57,447 nucleotides of DNA from a virus (Duplodnaviria; Caudoviricetes): the IMG/VR virus record IMGVR_UViG_3300031566_000035, positions 1 through 57,447 of that record; one strand, 5' to 3'. Numbering within the stretch: position 1 is the stretch's first letter; every line of letters starts with the position of its first letter. Below the pieces are notes generated by a model. The model was not told the DNA's origin. It searched no databases and worked only from the letters and a program-made list of their open reading frames with translations. Below, piece by piece: positions 20,240 through 29,058 of this stretch. A program made the position numbers and the translations under genes.

Positions 20240-20692
20240 TTGAAAATGAAAACTTTTGTCTTGACTGTTTCAAAGCAGTTTCCAAAAACACACGAAAAGG
20301 CTGGAAAATCAACTGGCTTTGTAGAAAATATCTCCCGACTATTTACTAATGATAGTGAGAAGATACATACTATTCGCTCAAATTATGACCTATGGCACAA
20401 ACGAGCAAAAGAAATAAACGAAGGAAAGGCTGTGTTGTCGATTAGATACTGGTTTGAAATGCCTTACCGTTCAAAGCAAGTTGAAATTTGCAGACTTGAA
20501 AGAGTTGGTGTTGAAAAACTTGAACAGCCTGACAACTTCGTATTTGCTCCAATTGAAGGGAAGCCGATTGATTGGGAATTAGTGGCAAAGAATGACGGTT
20601 TAAGTTTTGAGGACTTTTGCGAGTGGTTTAAGTCAAGACAAAAAGAACCTATGGCTGTTCTTCATTTTACCGACTTTAGGTATGGTGGGTAA
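20240..20692 (+). CDS. ASCH/PUA-like protein
   Basis: KIHTIR...W...PYRSKQ...AKNDGLSFEDF..WF; stops at TAAC. Confidence 0.65.
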   Translation: MKMKTFVLTVSKQFPKTHEKAGKSTGFVENISRLFTNDSEKIHTIRSNYDLWHKRAKEINEGKAVLSIRYWFEMPYRSKQVEICRLERVGVEKLEQPDNFVFAPIEGKPIDWELVAKNDGLSFEDFCEWFKSRQKEPMAVLHFTDFRYGG

Positions 20693-20874
20693 CGGTGGCA
20701 ATAAGAAACGAAAGGGATTGCGAGCCACGAACCTATCAAACCGTGAAAATTTGGCACGGATTACTGAACTTGATTAACCGATTAAACCCTTTTGTTTTTT
20801 ATTGCGTGTTATAAGCCGTATTTGTTTTATTATCAACCGAAAGTAAAATAATTTAAAAATAAATCACTTTTTAC

Positions 20875-20905
20875 TTGTATATATGATATATATTATATAT
20901 CTTTA
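20875..20905 (+). promoter_or_regulatory. Internal promoter/operator in cassette 20808-21257
   Basis: TTGTAT followed by near-palindromic ATATATGATATATTATATAT and TATCTTTA (near TAnnTTTG). Confidence 0.5.
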
Positions 20906-20938
20906 CTTCATAATTAATAACAAATAAAACATACAATT

Positions 20939-21103
20939 ATGAGTACAACAGAAGTAAGAGAACAATTAAAAGCAGAAGGAATTTCTGCAATTGTTAAATT
21001 GGTAGATAATAGATTTGAAATAAAAGTAAAAATGCAGGAAAACTTTACAAAAGTAGTAAGAATGTTTCCTTTGGCAAATGTAAGCCATACAACGATTAGA
21101 TAA
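20939..21103 (+). CDS. 54-aa hypothetical protein
   Basis: MSTTEVREQLKAEG...HTTIR; below the track cutoff. Confidence 0.65.
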   Translation: MSTTEVREQLKAEGISAIVKLVDNRFEIKVKMQENFTKVVRMFPLANVSHTTIR

Positions 21104-21244
21104 ATGAAAAAGATTATTGATATACCTGACGAAATAGTTAAAGACTTAAAGAAGTTAGCTATTGACCAAAATAAAGACCTAAAAAACTTTATTCAAGACG
21201 AACTAAAAAAACTTGTCGAGAACCCTCAATCGAAGCCGTCTTAA
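21104..21244 (+). CDS. Ribbon-helix-helix (CopG/Arc-like) regulator
   Basis: MKKIIDIPDEIVKDLKKLAIDQNKDLKNFIQDELKKLV; strand-helix-helix pattern. Confidence 0.75.
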   Translation: MKKIIDIPDEIVKDLKKLAIDQNKDLKNFIQDELKKLVENPQSKPS

Positions 21245-21399
21245 TATGGCTTATAACGTTGAGTATAAGAAACGTAGCGTTTTAAAACACTTAACTACAA
21301 TAACTTACAAAAGTGAAATTGAAATAGAAAATTTAATATTAACCACTGGTGCAGCTATGTTTTTTATACATTGTTACCACCAGTACATTAATTAACAGC

Positions 21400-21645
21400 A
21401 TGAAGAAATTTAATATAAACCACTATATGTACATTCAGATAACCGATACTGGATGGCAACACCTAAAGCAAACTGTGGGTGAAGATTACATTAAACATTG
21501 TATTGAACCTTATAAAACTGATGTAGATGGCAAAACTTGGTATAGATTACAAGCCCACAGTGTATTTGAACTACTGCCAATAAATTTCGGTGGACAAGTA
21601 GCCTACAACCCTAATGTAATGTTTGACGATAAAGACCTTACTTAG
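21400..21645 (+). CDS. Cassette hypothetical protein
   Basis: Fills body 21373-21658. Confidence 0.7.
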   Translation: MKKFNINHYMYIQITDTGWQHLKQTVGEDYIKHCIEPYKTDVDGKTWYRLQAHSVFELLPINFGGQVAYNPNVMFDDKDLT

Positions 21646-21702
21646 TATTGGTGGTAACGTTGAGTGTATGGTTTGATTTTTAACGATTTAAAAGAACGAA
21701 AT

Positions 21703-21954
21703 ATGAAAGATTTAGAACACTTACAAAGAATTATAAAAGAATTGCAAAATGATAAAGATAACGGAAAACTTGGTGATTACGCACAAGGTAGATTAGCTGC
21801 ATTTAAGATGTCAGAAAAATTAGTTAAAAATTTAACTATACATATTGTTAGCAATTCGGTTTGCTGCGATAACTGCCAACACCAAACACCAAGACATAGT
21901 ATTATGTGCAGTAGTTGCTTAGGGTTTAATCACTTTCAGCAAACTGATTGCTAA
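21703..21954 (+). CDS. Cassette protein with C-terminal zinc finger
   Basis: Crosses GTT 21847; CDNC and CSSC encoded in the body. Confidence 0.7.
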   Translation: MKDLEHLQRIIKELQNDKDNGKLGDYAQGRLAAFKMSEKLVKNLTIHIVSNSVCCDNCQHQTPRHSIMCSSCLGFNHFQQTDC

Positions 21955-22076
21955 TGTTTCGACTGTATGGCGTGAGCCTTGTACTTCACAAGGCGGAAAG
22001 CCATTCAATAGATGCTTACGCTATACAGTATGTTATGAGTAGTGACACAAGTTTTAACCTTAAAATAATTATAGAA

Positions 22077-22343
22077 ATGGAAAATGTAAAAGAATTAATT
22101 GAATTAAAAGCTATGATGATATTGGCTTGTAAACTAAATAAAGAGCAACTTATAATTGAACTTACAGACCTTGTAAATTCAATTAATTCAGCATCTATCG
22201 AAAGTCGAAACATTATGAGTAATGAGGCTCAAAAAGAGCTATTAATTGATGTGCTTAATGTTATTGAGCGTTACTATGATGTAGAATTTGGTAACATTGA
22301 TAATGCAGTAAGCTATATATTAGCTAAAATTAATAGTGATTGA
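22077..22343 (+). CDS. Cassette hypothetical protein
   Basis: Within body 22032-22371. Confidence 0.6.
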   Translation: MENVKELIELKAMMILACKLNKEQLIIELTDLVNSINSASIESRNIMSNEAQKELLIDVLNVIERYYDVEFGNIDNAVSYILAKINSD

Positions 22344-22428
22344 GCCGTCCACTTGTGGCATTACTCATAACGGTTTGGCTATGTTTTGAAAATATATTTT
22401 ACTAATTTTTAACTAAAATAAAAAGATA

Positions 22429-22857
22429 ATGAAAAGAGAAATTAAATTTAGAGTTTGGGAACAAAATAAAAAGAAAATGGTATATCCGATTGACACTTTA
22501 AAGGTGAGTAACGAGGAAGGATATTCACATTTAGAGCAATTTTTAGATCGTGGAGATTTAGTAATGGCAGACGATTATGATATTAAGCATTATAAAAAGT
22601 TACCATGTATTATGATGCAATACACTGGAATAAAAGATGTTGACGGCAAAGAAATTTACGAAGATGACATAATTAACGGTATGACCGTAACATACTGCGG
22701 AGATCAAAATGGCGGGCTTGGAATGGCTTGTGGTTGGTATTTACAGCAAGATGATTTTGAAAGATGGATAGAGTTAGAATCTAAATGTAATGCAAATGGA
22801 GATAACCATAAAATTGATGGGAATGTACATGAGAACCCTGAACTACTAAAAAGCTAA
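22429..22857 (+). CDS. YopX family protein inside an attC-like loop
   Basis: MKREIKFRVW...MQYTGIKDVDGKEIYEDD...GNVHENPELL. Confidence 0.9.
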   Translation: MKREIKFRVWEQNKKKMVYPIDTLKVSNEEGYSHLEQFLDRGDLVMADDYDIKHYKKLPCIMMQYTGIKDVDGKEIYEDDIINGMTVTYCGDQNGGLGMACGWYLQQDDFERWIELESKCNANGDNHKIDGNVHENPELLKS

Positions 22858-23098
22858 AAATATATTTATAAAATATTAGCTGTTGTTGTATTGCGCCATT
22901 AAGGCTTGTGCACATAGCATCCGTTACGCTAAGAACTGATTATTAATATGCAGATTATCAGCTTTAAACTGATACAGAGACTATGAAACATAAAAAACAT
23001 TATAGCGTAATGGAATACAATGGATGGCAATAAGAATAGTTGGCTCTCGAAATTTAGTACAGACTTTAATTTGAAATACAAATAAAAACAAAAAAGAG

Positions 23099-23422
23099 AT
23101 GGAAAAACATGATTTAAGAACACAAATTTGCATAGAAGTAGATGCAAAAAATATTGATGGTAAAACAGCGAGCAGATTACTACAAGCTATTAATAATACC
23201 GAAAATAAGCAAATAAGCAAATTACAACATTTCAAGGACACAACTGTTGGGCTATATGCTTTTGATTGTAACCCAGAAGATTTAATTATAAAATTTGTAA
23301 ATAGCCAAAGCGATGCTTGTAGTTTATTTACAGAAGATGTTGATAGACTTACTGAAGATTGGAAAACATTTTGTAATGATAAAAATATTGTAAAAAGTCC
23401 ATTTTTCAGAATTAGTGGGTAG
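23099..23422 (+). CDS. Hypothetical protein inside an attC-like loop
   Basis: 107 aa between arms at 23019 and 23494. Confidence 0.7.
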   Translation: MEKHDLRTQICIEVDAKNIDGKTASRLLQAINNTENKQISKLQHFKDTTVGLYAFDCNPEDLIIKFVNSQSDACSLFTEDVDRLTEDWKTFCNDKNIVKSPFFRISG

Positions 23423-23510
23423 GCTTTTGTTTTTATTCCACACAAACCTACTGCACTTGATTGAAAAACAAGCCAATTATTTTTATTGCGTGTTATAAAC
23501 TGTAAAAATT

Positions 23511-23702
23511 ATGAGCATATTATTAGACAAATTACTAAAAGAAGCAGACACCTCAACAACCACACAAGCAAAAGATTTGAAGTGGTATATCGCAAAACCA
23601 TTACCGTTTTATTCGTTGAAAACAAAACTTAAAAGGATAAAAGATGGATTAAGAGTTATGAACGGAAAATCTTTTGCGGTACATTATAAACAAGATGAAT
23701 AA
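23511..23702 (+). CDS. Cassette hypothetical protein
   Basis: Fills body 23492-23719. Confidence 0.7.
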   Translation: MSILLDKLLKEADTSTTTQAKDLKWYIAKPLPFYSLKTKLKRIKDGLRVMNGKSFAVHYKQDE

Positions 23703-23846
23703 TTTTTATTGTTTATAACGGCTGGCGGTATGGTTTAGTAAAGGCTGACCACTACCGACCAATCGAAGAACAAAACTTAATTCAGCCTTTATTAACTATA
23801 CCGCTTGTTAGGCTTTCGTGCTTTGCGGGCGGGAAACACAAAGATT

Positions 23847-24074
23847 ATGAGAAACTATACAACATTAGATTTAGTGAGGTTTAACAGGCTTGCAAATGAA
23901 AACAAAGACCTAAAGCCAATTGAGTTGATTAAATTATATAATGAAAAGTACCCTGAGAAAACAGCAAAAGAAAAACTGATAATTTTATCAAAGGCTTTAG
24001 GAATTAATAACCTACACAAAGCCTTAACTGGTAATGATATTCCAGAGGACGAGCGTTGGGAGCATGAAGCCTAA
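23847..24074 (+). CDS. Cassette hypothetical protein
   Basis: Stops at TAAC. Confidence 0.7.
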   Translation: MRNYTTLDLVRFNRLANENKDLKPIELIKLYNEKYPEKTAKEKLIILSKALGINNLHKALTGNDIPEDERWEHEA

Positions 24075-24134
24075 CGGCAAATTGTAAGTTGTCGGGTGCT
24101 GTTGAAATACGCACAGAATTAAATTGAAAAATAA

Positions 24135-24470
24135 ATGTTGAATAACTTAAATAGTGAACGGATGAAATTTACAGACAAACAAATTAAGGCAGCAAAGGAA
24201 GTGAAAGAAGAAGTAATACACGGTACTTTGTATGATTGGAGACATATTTACATGGCTGGTGAAATTTGCATGTGGGACGAATTACAGCAAAAGAAAGTGA
24301 ACGGTGTTGAACAAAGCGAAAGCACCTGCAATTTACAAAATGTTATAGATAGGTTTTGTGCGTTGGAAGATGCGATGAAACTTACTCTTACAAAAAACAT
24401 TGGTAAAGTTAGTTTAATAAATAGATTTGAAGAACTTGGTAAAGCGCTGGGGAGGGAAACTTCTCTATAA
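24135..24470 (+). CDS. Cassette hypothetical protein
   Basis: Crosses GTT 24342, stops at TAAC. Confidence 0.7.
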   Translation: MLNNLNSERMKFTDKQIKAAKEVKEEVIHGTLYDWRHIYMAGEICMWDELQQKKVNGVEQSESTCNLQNVIDRFCALEDAMKLTLTKNIGKVSLINRFEELGKALGRETSL

Positions 24471-24534
24471 CGTTGAGCGTATGCGCCTGTTGGCGTGTTG
24501 ATTAGAATTACATAACTTTAAAAACAGATATAAG

Positions 24535-24762
24535 ATGAAAAAAGAAAACACAGTTAAAAATACCACTAAGCCAATGGCGTATGACGCATTGTTAGGTGTT
24601 GTTGCTGCCGAGCTAACCCAAGCAGCCGAAATAATACAACACTTAAAGGCTTATGGAATGATACACCCAGTTACAGGAGTTAAATACCCAGAAGGAACGC
24701 ACCAAGATTTTATTAGAAAAGCTGATGAATGGCTATGGCGTTTCCGAGGCAATAACACCTAA
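24535..24762 (+). CDS. Cassette hypothetical protein
   Basis: Crosses GTT 24591 (AYDALL), stops at TAAC. Confidence 0.7.
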   Translation: MKKENTVKNTTKPMAYDALLGVVAAELTQAAEIIQHLKAYGMIHPVTGVKYPEGTHQDFIRKADEWLWRFRGNNT

Positions 24763-24810
24763 CGGTAAATTGTATGGGTTGATTTTGCCCGATTTAAAAT
24801 AACAAATGAT

Positions 24811-25104
24811 ATGAAAAAAGACTTAATTAAAACGCTATGTATTTTCCAATACTGGCTACACGACAATTACAAAACAATAAGCACCAGCTCTATTGATATG
24901 ACAAATAGAGCTTCTGAATTTGTACAAAGCAAAGGGCAAAATTTACCTGTACAAATTGTTAGCGATAGTACGTTAACTAAACATAGAAGCCTTGGATGGG
25001 TTCGAGAAGTAAAGCAGTATAAATGTCCTCACTGCTTAAGAAATCAAGTGCCTGAACTGGCTTCATTTTGCCCAGATTGCGGTGCTAAATTTGATTGGGA
25101 TTAG
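24811..25104 (+). CDS. Cassette protein with C-terminal zinc ribbon
   Basis: Crosses GTT 24958; CPHC...FCPDCG. Confidence 0.7.
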   Translation: MKKDLIKTLCIFQYWLHDNYKTISTSSIDMTNRASEFVQSKGQNLPVQIVSDSTLTKHRSLGWVREVKQYKCPHCLRNQVPELASFCPDCGAKFDWD

Positions 25105-25189
25105 TATTATCGCTAACGAAAAGCAATAAGAAACGTGCGAAATAACGCACAAAACTAAATACGAGTACTGATTTTAAATAAAAAAAGCG

Positions 25190-25483
25190 ATGGAAGAAAA
25201 CACAGTATTATTGAGCCTTGAAAAATATGATAGGCTAGTTGAAGCTCATAAAAAAGTAAATGAGCCAAGGAAAAAAACAGTATTAATTGAAAGCGCAATG
25301 TTTAGCCGTTATGAGTGTAAAACAGATGACGAAGCGACTGCGAAATTGGCGAATGATTTAAAAGAGGTTAAGGCTGAACTGGCAGAAGCTAAGGCGAAGT
25401 TAGACAAACTGCCAAAAGAAATAACGCTTGATGACATTAAACAAATGAGCTGGCGTGAGTTTAAGAAGTGGAAGCGTGGGTAG
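25190..25483 (+). CDS. Coiled-coil protein inside an attC-like loop
   Basis: 97 aa between arms at 25115 and 25563. Confidence 0.7.
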   Translation: MEENTVLLSLEKYDRLVEAHKKVNEPRKKTVLIESAMFSRYECKTDDEATAKLANDLKEVKAELAEAKAKLDKLPKEITLDDIKQMSWREFKKWKRG

Positions 25484-25700
25484 GCTTTTTATTTAAAATT
25501 GCCCCAATAACCCACTAAAGCTAATACGAGGCACAGACCTAAGCATGTTTTTTATTGCATGTTGTACGCTGTGCCTTGTTTAAAAGCAAACTGAACTACC
25601 AATTACGCACCAACCTAATTAAAGATTTTAGGCATTGCGTACAACGGTAGTAGGTAAGTTGCGTTGCGTGAATTTAGTAAAAACTTAAAAAATATAACAA

Positions 25701-25913
25701 ATGTTAAAATTTATAAAAAACTTATTTAAAGGTAAAAAGCAGCAATGCAATTTACCTGTTGTTAGCGGTAGTGCTTGGGATTTGCCTGATGGCGTTTACC
25801 AAGTTGGAGTTGATAAAGCAGCTAAAGGAAGTAAAGACTATAGCTGCCGTGTATGGATGAAAAAGGGAATAAGTGGAGAAATGATAATTGTAGCGGAGGA
25901 GCATTACCGCTAA
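25701..25913 (+). CDS. Cassette hypothetical protein
   Basis: Crosses GTT 25761, stops at TAAC; last unit of array 1. Confidence 0.7.
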   Translation: MLKFIKNLFKGKKQQCNLPVVSGSAWDLPDGVYQVGVDKAAKGSKDYSCRVWMKKGISGEMIIVAEEHYR

Positions 25914-25965
25914 CTATGTTATATAGTTACTTAATTGTTATTAATTTAAAAATCAAATAATTATG
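25909..25965. repeat. Array-terminal site, copy 1 (57-bp direct repeat)
   Basis: Identical to 29002-29058; core AACTATGTTATATAGTT. Confidence 0.9.
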
Positions 25966-26187
25966 ATTGAATATATTTCAAATACTGAAAAATTTATGAG
26001 TAGTTATAATTTATTATTGCAGAAAGTGAAAGAAAGGTGGGTCCGGGCCGATTGCAAAAGAACAGGGATTAATGAAACGAAAGTTAGTAGAATAAAAAAC
26101 GGGCAATTTGATATTTTAACATTAATAGAAATGGCTTCTGTGTGTAATCTTGAAATGGATTGCGATATTAAAGAAATTTGGCATTAA
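25963..26187 (+). CDS. XRE/Cro-like HTH protein
   Basis: RADCKRTGINETKVSRIKNG...TLIEMA helix-turn-helix pattern. Confidence 0.65.
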   Translation: MIEYISNTEKFMSSYNLLLQKVKERWVRADCKRTGINETKVSRIKNGQFDILTLIEMASVCNLEMDCDIKEIWH

Positions 26188-26219
26188 AGAAAAATAGAAG
26201 AAATAACAAAAATTTATAT

Positions 26220-26315
26220 ATGAAAAGGATACAAAGAAAAAGGACAAAAGGTTGGAGGATGCCAGATAATACTATTTTTGTTGGCAGACCTACAAAATGG
26301 GGAAATCCGAAATGA
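26220..26315 (+). pseudogene. Truncated DUF4326-like gene
   Basis: MKRIQRKRTKGWRMPDNTIFVGRPTKWGNP then stop; this is the typical N-terminus of that family. Confidence 0.7.
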
Positions 26316-26461
26316 GAAAAAAGGGACGTATTTATATTGGAATTTTCGAGAATTGCATAAATTATGAAAATGGATATTGCAAAGAAAAAGGCATTGTTTT
26401 GATAAGAAAAGACAAGGTTTGCCATACTTGCAGGGATTTTAAGAAGATTAAAAAATAATAG

Positions 26462-26641
26462 ATGAAAAAGAAAGTAATATTAACGTTTAAAGCAGAATAT
26501 ATTTTAGAAGCCAAAGATGAGGATTCTATGAATATTCTTGATGAATGGGTAGAAGAGCTTGATATGACAACAAGTAAAATTAGTAATGTAACAGGCTCAA
26601 TAAATAGAATCCGAGTTGATAAGAAAATTTTAAAGAAATGA
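26462..26641 (+). CDS. 59-aa hypothetical protein
   Basis: MKKKVILTFKAEYILEAKDE... open frame. Confidence 0.55.
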   Translation: MKKKVILTFKAEYILEAKDEDSMNILDEWVEELDMTTSKISNVTGSINRIRVDKKILKK

Positions 26642-26674
26642 TAGTAGATGAATTACCATAAAATTTAAGATAAA

Positions 26675-26935
26675 ATGGAAAAAACAACAAAATTTAAAAT
26701 CAGGGAAGGTATTAAACTACCTAAAAAAGAATCTTATCGCAAATACCCATTTTCAGATATGGAAATCGGAGATTCGTTTATTGTTGGCAAGTATTCAAGA
26801 TATTTGATGACCAACTGTTTAAATGCAGCCAGAAATTGGGCAAAACAATCTGATAGAAATTGGGAATTTGCAGCCAGAAAAATAGAATATGAAAAATCAG
26901 GGACTTACACAATTGGGATTTGGAGGGTTTCTTAA
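26675..26935 (+). CDS. Small putative DNA-binding protein
   Basis: RKYPFSDMEIGDSF...IWRV motif common in phages. Confidence 0.7.
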   Translation: MEKTTKFKIREGIKLPKKESYRKYPFSDMEIGDSFIVGKYSRYLMTNCLNAARNWAKQSDRNWEFAARKIEYEKSGTYTIGIWRVS

Positions 26936-26961
26936 TGAAAAACTATTTAATGTAATGGATT

Positions 26962-27366
26962 ATGGATTCTAAAACAATCAAAAAATATTCAAAAAAAACC
27001 GTCCCGCAATTAATAAAAATTGCAACACTGCATTTTAATAAATTTATCAGGGAAAGGGACAAGGATTTTGGATGTGTCTCATGTCAATCAAAAGTAAATC
27101 AGGCTGGACATTTTTATTCCGGTGGTCATTATTCAGCCCTTAGATTCAATCAGAACAATGTACATGGACAATGTACAAGATGCAATCTGTACCTTTCTGG
27201 AAACCTTAACGAATACCGAAAAAATATTGTTAAAAGGATAGGTGAAAACGGACTTGTTAAACTTGATGAACTCGCTGCATATTATAAAAGGAACGGGTTT
27301 AAATGGGATAGATTTACACTTATAAAGATCATAGAGGAACATAAATTATTAAACAAAAAAAAATGA
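26962..27366 (+). CDS. ninG: NinG/Rap-like recombination endonuclease
   Basis: FNKFIRERD..CVSC..AGHF...LRFN..NVHGQC..CN..LSGN. Confidence 0.88.
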   Translation: MDSKTIKKYSKKTVPQLIKIATLHFNKFIRERDKDFGCVSCQSKVNQAGHFYSGGHYSALRFNQNNVHGQCTRCNLYLSGNLNEYRKNIVKRIGENGLVKLDELAAYYKRNGFKWDRFTLIKIIEEHKLLNKKK

Positions 27367-27494
27367 CAAACGAAAAAATATTGGAATTATTGTGGGAGCT
27401 AAAAACGGAAGATAAATTTTATTTTATTTCTTACGGGATTGATCTCTTTAGTGGTGGATCACGTGAATTAAGTCGAAGAAATCGAAAAATTACT

Positions 27495-27625
27495 TGATAT
27501 TAACTAAATAATTACTATCTTTATGGTGCAGTTCGGTCATGAAAAAAATAAATCCCATATCGTTAACATCGCCTAATCCGAATATTTCGGGACCGGACTG
27601 CCTTTGTTCTCGGTATGGGTATTTT
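27495..27625 (+). promoter_or_regulatory. Promoter followed by structured leader with interleaved inverted repeats
   Basis: TTGATA...TATCTTTA, then GCAGTTCGGTC/GACCGGACTGC and CCCATATCG/CGGTATGGG. Confidence 0.55.
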
Positions 27626-27663
27626 ATTATGAAAGAAATTTGAAAATATAAAATTTAATCAAA

Positions 27664-28332
27664 ATGGGACTAAATAAATCAAAAGGTAATATGTATGGGT
27701 TTATCACCCACACTTGGAACACTGTTAAAGGTGCTTGTTTTCACGATTGCAGTTATTGTTATATGAAAAGATGGGGTAAACAAAACCCTATTAGATTTGA
27801 TGAAAAGGAATTAAAAACAGATTTAGGAATTGGAAATTTTATATTTGTTGGAAGTAGTTGTGATATGTGGGCTAAAAATATTCCTGATGAATGGATAATT
27901 AAGACATTGAAAAAATGCGAAATTTCTGATAATAAATACCTTTTCCAAACCAAAAACCCAGATAGAATACTTCATTTTATGGACGCATGTATTATTAGTG
28001 ATAAATCTATTGCATGTACTACAATTGAAAGTGATAAATTTTATCCTGAAATAATGAAAAATTCACCACATCCAGTACTTAGAAGTTTATCAATGGAAGA
28101 AATAAGCGGTGCGATTAAAACATTTGTAACAATCGAACCGATAATGGATTTTAATTTAAAAAATTTAATACAAATAATAAAACGATGTAATCCAGAACAG
28201 GTAAATATCGGTGCTGATTCTGGAAATAACAATCTACCAGAACCACCAAAAGAAAAAGTTTTAGAACTTATTTCTGAACTTCAAAAATTCACAATTGTAC
28301 ACAAAAAATCTAATTTGAACAGGCTTTTTTAA
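27664..28332 (+). CDS. DUF5131 / phage Gp37-Gp68 family radical-SAM-like protein
   Basis: TWN...GACFHDCSYCY, FVGSSCD, QTKNP, TIEP motifs. Confidence 0.8.
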   Translation: MGLNKSKGNMYGFITHTWNTVKGACFHDCSYCYMKRWGKQNPIRFDEKELKTDLGIGNFIFVGSSCDMWAKNIPDEWIIKTLKKCEISDNKYLFQTKNPDRILHFMDACIISDKSIACTTIESDKFYPEIMKNSPHPVLRSLSMEEISGAIKTFVTIEPIMDFNLKNLIQIIKRCNPEQVNIGADSGNNNLPEPPKEKVLELISELQKFTIVHKKSNLNRLF

Positions 28333-28354
28333 TTTACAATATACAGTAGAACAA

Positions 28355-28576
28355 ATGCAGGAATTAGACCATATTCCAACCGATGAAATTGTTCAGGATA
28401 TAAAAGATACTGAGCGTGAGGTAAAGGATTACAATGATGAACTTGAAATATTAATGAGAAATCCACCTCAAAATAAATTGCGTATTTATATGATAGAAGG
28501 TCATATTTTACAACACAAAGAACTGATAGAAAAACTCAATAAAATAATAAGGTTCCGTGAAGGCGTGCGGGAATAA
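28355..28576 (+). CDS. Hypothetical protein, cassette remnant
   Basis: Followed by the TTTTATTTGTTTATAAC cassette end. Confidence 0.6.
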   Translation: MQELDHIPTDEIVQDIKDTEREVKDYNDELEILMRNPPQNKLRIYMIEGHILQHKELIEKLNKIIRFREGVRE

Positions 28577-28590
28577 TTTTATTTGTTTAT

Positions 28591-29021
28591 AACGTCTTGA
28601 TGTATGAACTGATTTTTTAACGATTAAATAAACTAAAATGAAAAATATAAAGATAAATTTTGAAGGTAGAAACGAAGGTTGTGCTTTTTTTGCTTTGTAC
28701 GCAGGACTTAGAATGTACAACGAATATAAGCACGAACAACACAAGGGTAAAGATTCATTCAGTACCGCAGGAGCAGAAGCCTATGGCATCATGGAAGACC
28801 TTAGATATAGCCACCCTAAAGAATATGAAGAAGCAAAAAAAGAGTACGATAGTGAGTTGAAAAATTTGATTATACATCTTGTTAGCCAACAAAGCGAACA
28901 GTTAATTAATTTTTTAACATGGCATGATTCGGAGAACTTAGGTTGCTTACCTGACGGAATTGAAGGCAGAGTGGATGAATATCTAAAATTAATTAATTGT
29001 GGCTAACTATGTTATATAGTT
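28591..29021. mobile_element. Cassette array 2 (one complete unit plus terminal site)
   Basis: AAC 28591 GATGTATGAACTGATTTTTTAAC pairs with GTTGAAAAATTTGATTATACATC-TT-GTT 28881; body GTTAGCCA...TGGCTAAC 29007. Confidence 0.85.
28638..29006 (+). CDS. Cassette hypothetical protein
   Basis: Crosses GTT 28881, stops at TAAC. Confidence 0.7.
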   Translation: MKNIKINFEGRNEGCAFFALYAGLRMYNEYKHEQHKGKDSFSTAGAEAYGIMEDLRYSHPKEYEEAKKEYDSELKNLIIHLVSQQSEQLINFLTWHDSENLGCLPDGIEGRVDEYLKLINCG

Positions 29022-29058
29022 ACTTAATTGTTATTAATTTAAAAATCAAATAATTATG
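29002..29058. repeat. Array-terminal site, copy 2
   Basis: Identical to 25909-25965; supplies the leader and ATG of the replication gene. Confidence 0.9.

Larger units (their letters stand above)
16033..25928. mobile_element. Cassette array 1: 21 attC-like hairpins alternating with self-complementary bodies
   Basis: AAC..GTT elements at 16784-16901, 17084-17356, 17429-17623, 17718-17838, 18128-18219, 18387-18661, 18694-18779, 19215-19260, 20151-20203, 20691-20810, 21255-21375, 21656-21849, 21953-22034, 22369-22887, 23019-23494, 23717-23809, 24073-24344, 24469-24593, 24761-24960, 25115-25563, 25643-25763 (AAT instead of AAC at 21953 and 23019; arms weak at 17084). Each GTT end is complementary to the next AAC end, e.g. 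GTTAGCACCC/GGGTGCTAAC, GTTATGCGC/GCGCATAAC, GTTACCCACC/GGTGGGTAAC. Confidence 0.9.

Noticed and set aside
21213-21395. Track ORFs crossing an AAC boundary (21213..21395; extended start of 21948..22343)
   Set aside because: They use TTG starts overlapping better-supported genes and mostly translate hairpin arms; better ATG starts exist at 21400 and 22077
16784-25763. Hairpins as ordinary intrinsic terminators or IS terminal repeats
   Set aside because: They have no consistent U-tract, fixed AAC/GTT boundaries, unit-specific end pairs, and there is no transposase or target duplication at the GTT/AAC ends
16033-25928. CRISPR array interpretation of the recurring motifs
   Set aside because: Repeats are not identical, spacing ranges from tens to hundreds of bp, and the intervals encode ORFs; no cas genes
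28660-28860. Alternative-frame ORF within 28638..29006
   Set aside because: Non-ATG start and no motif; the main frame fits the cassette boundaries
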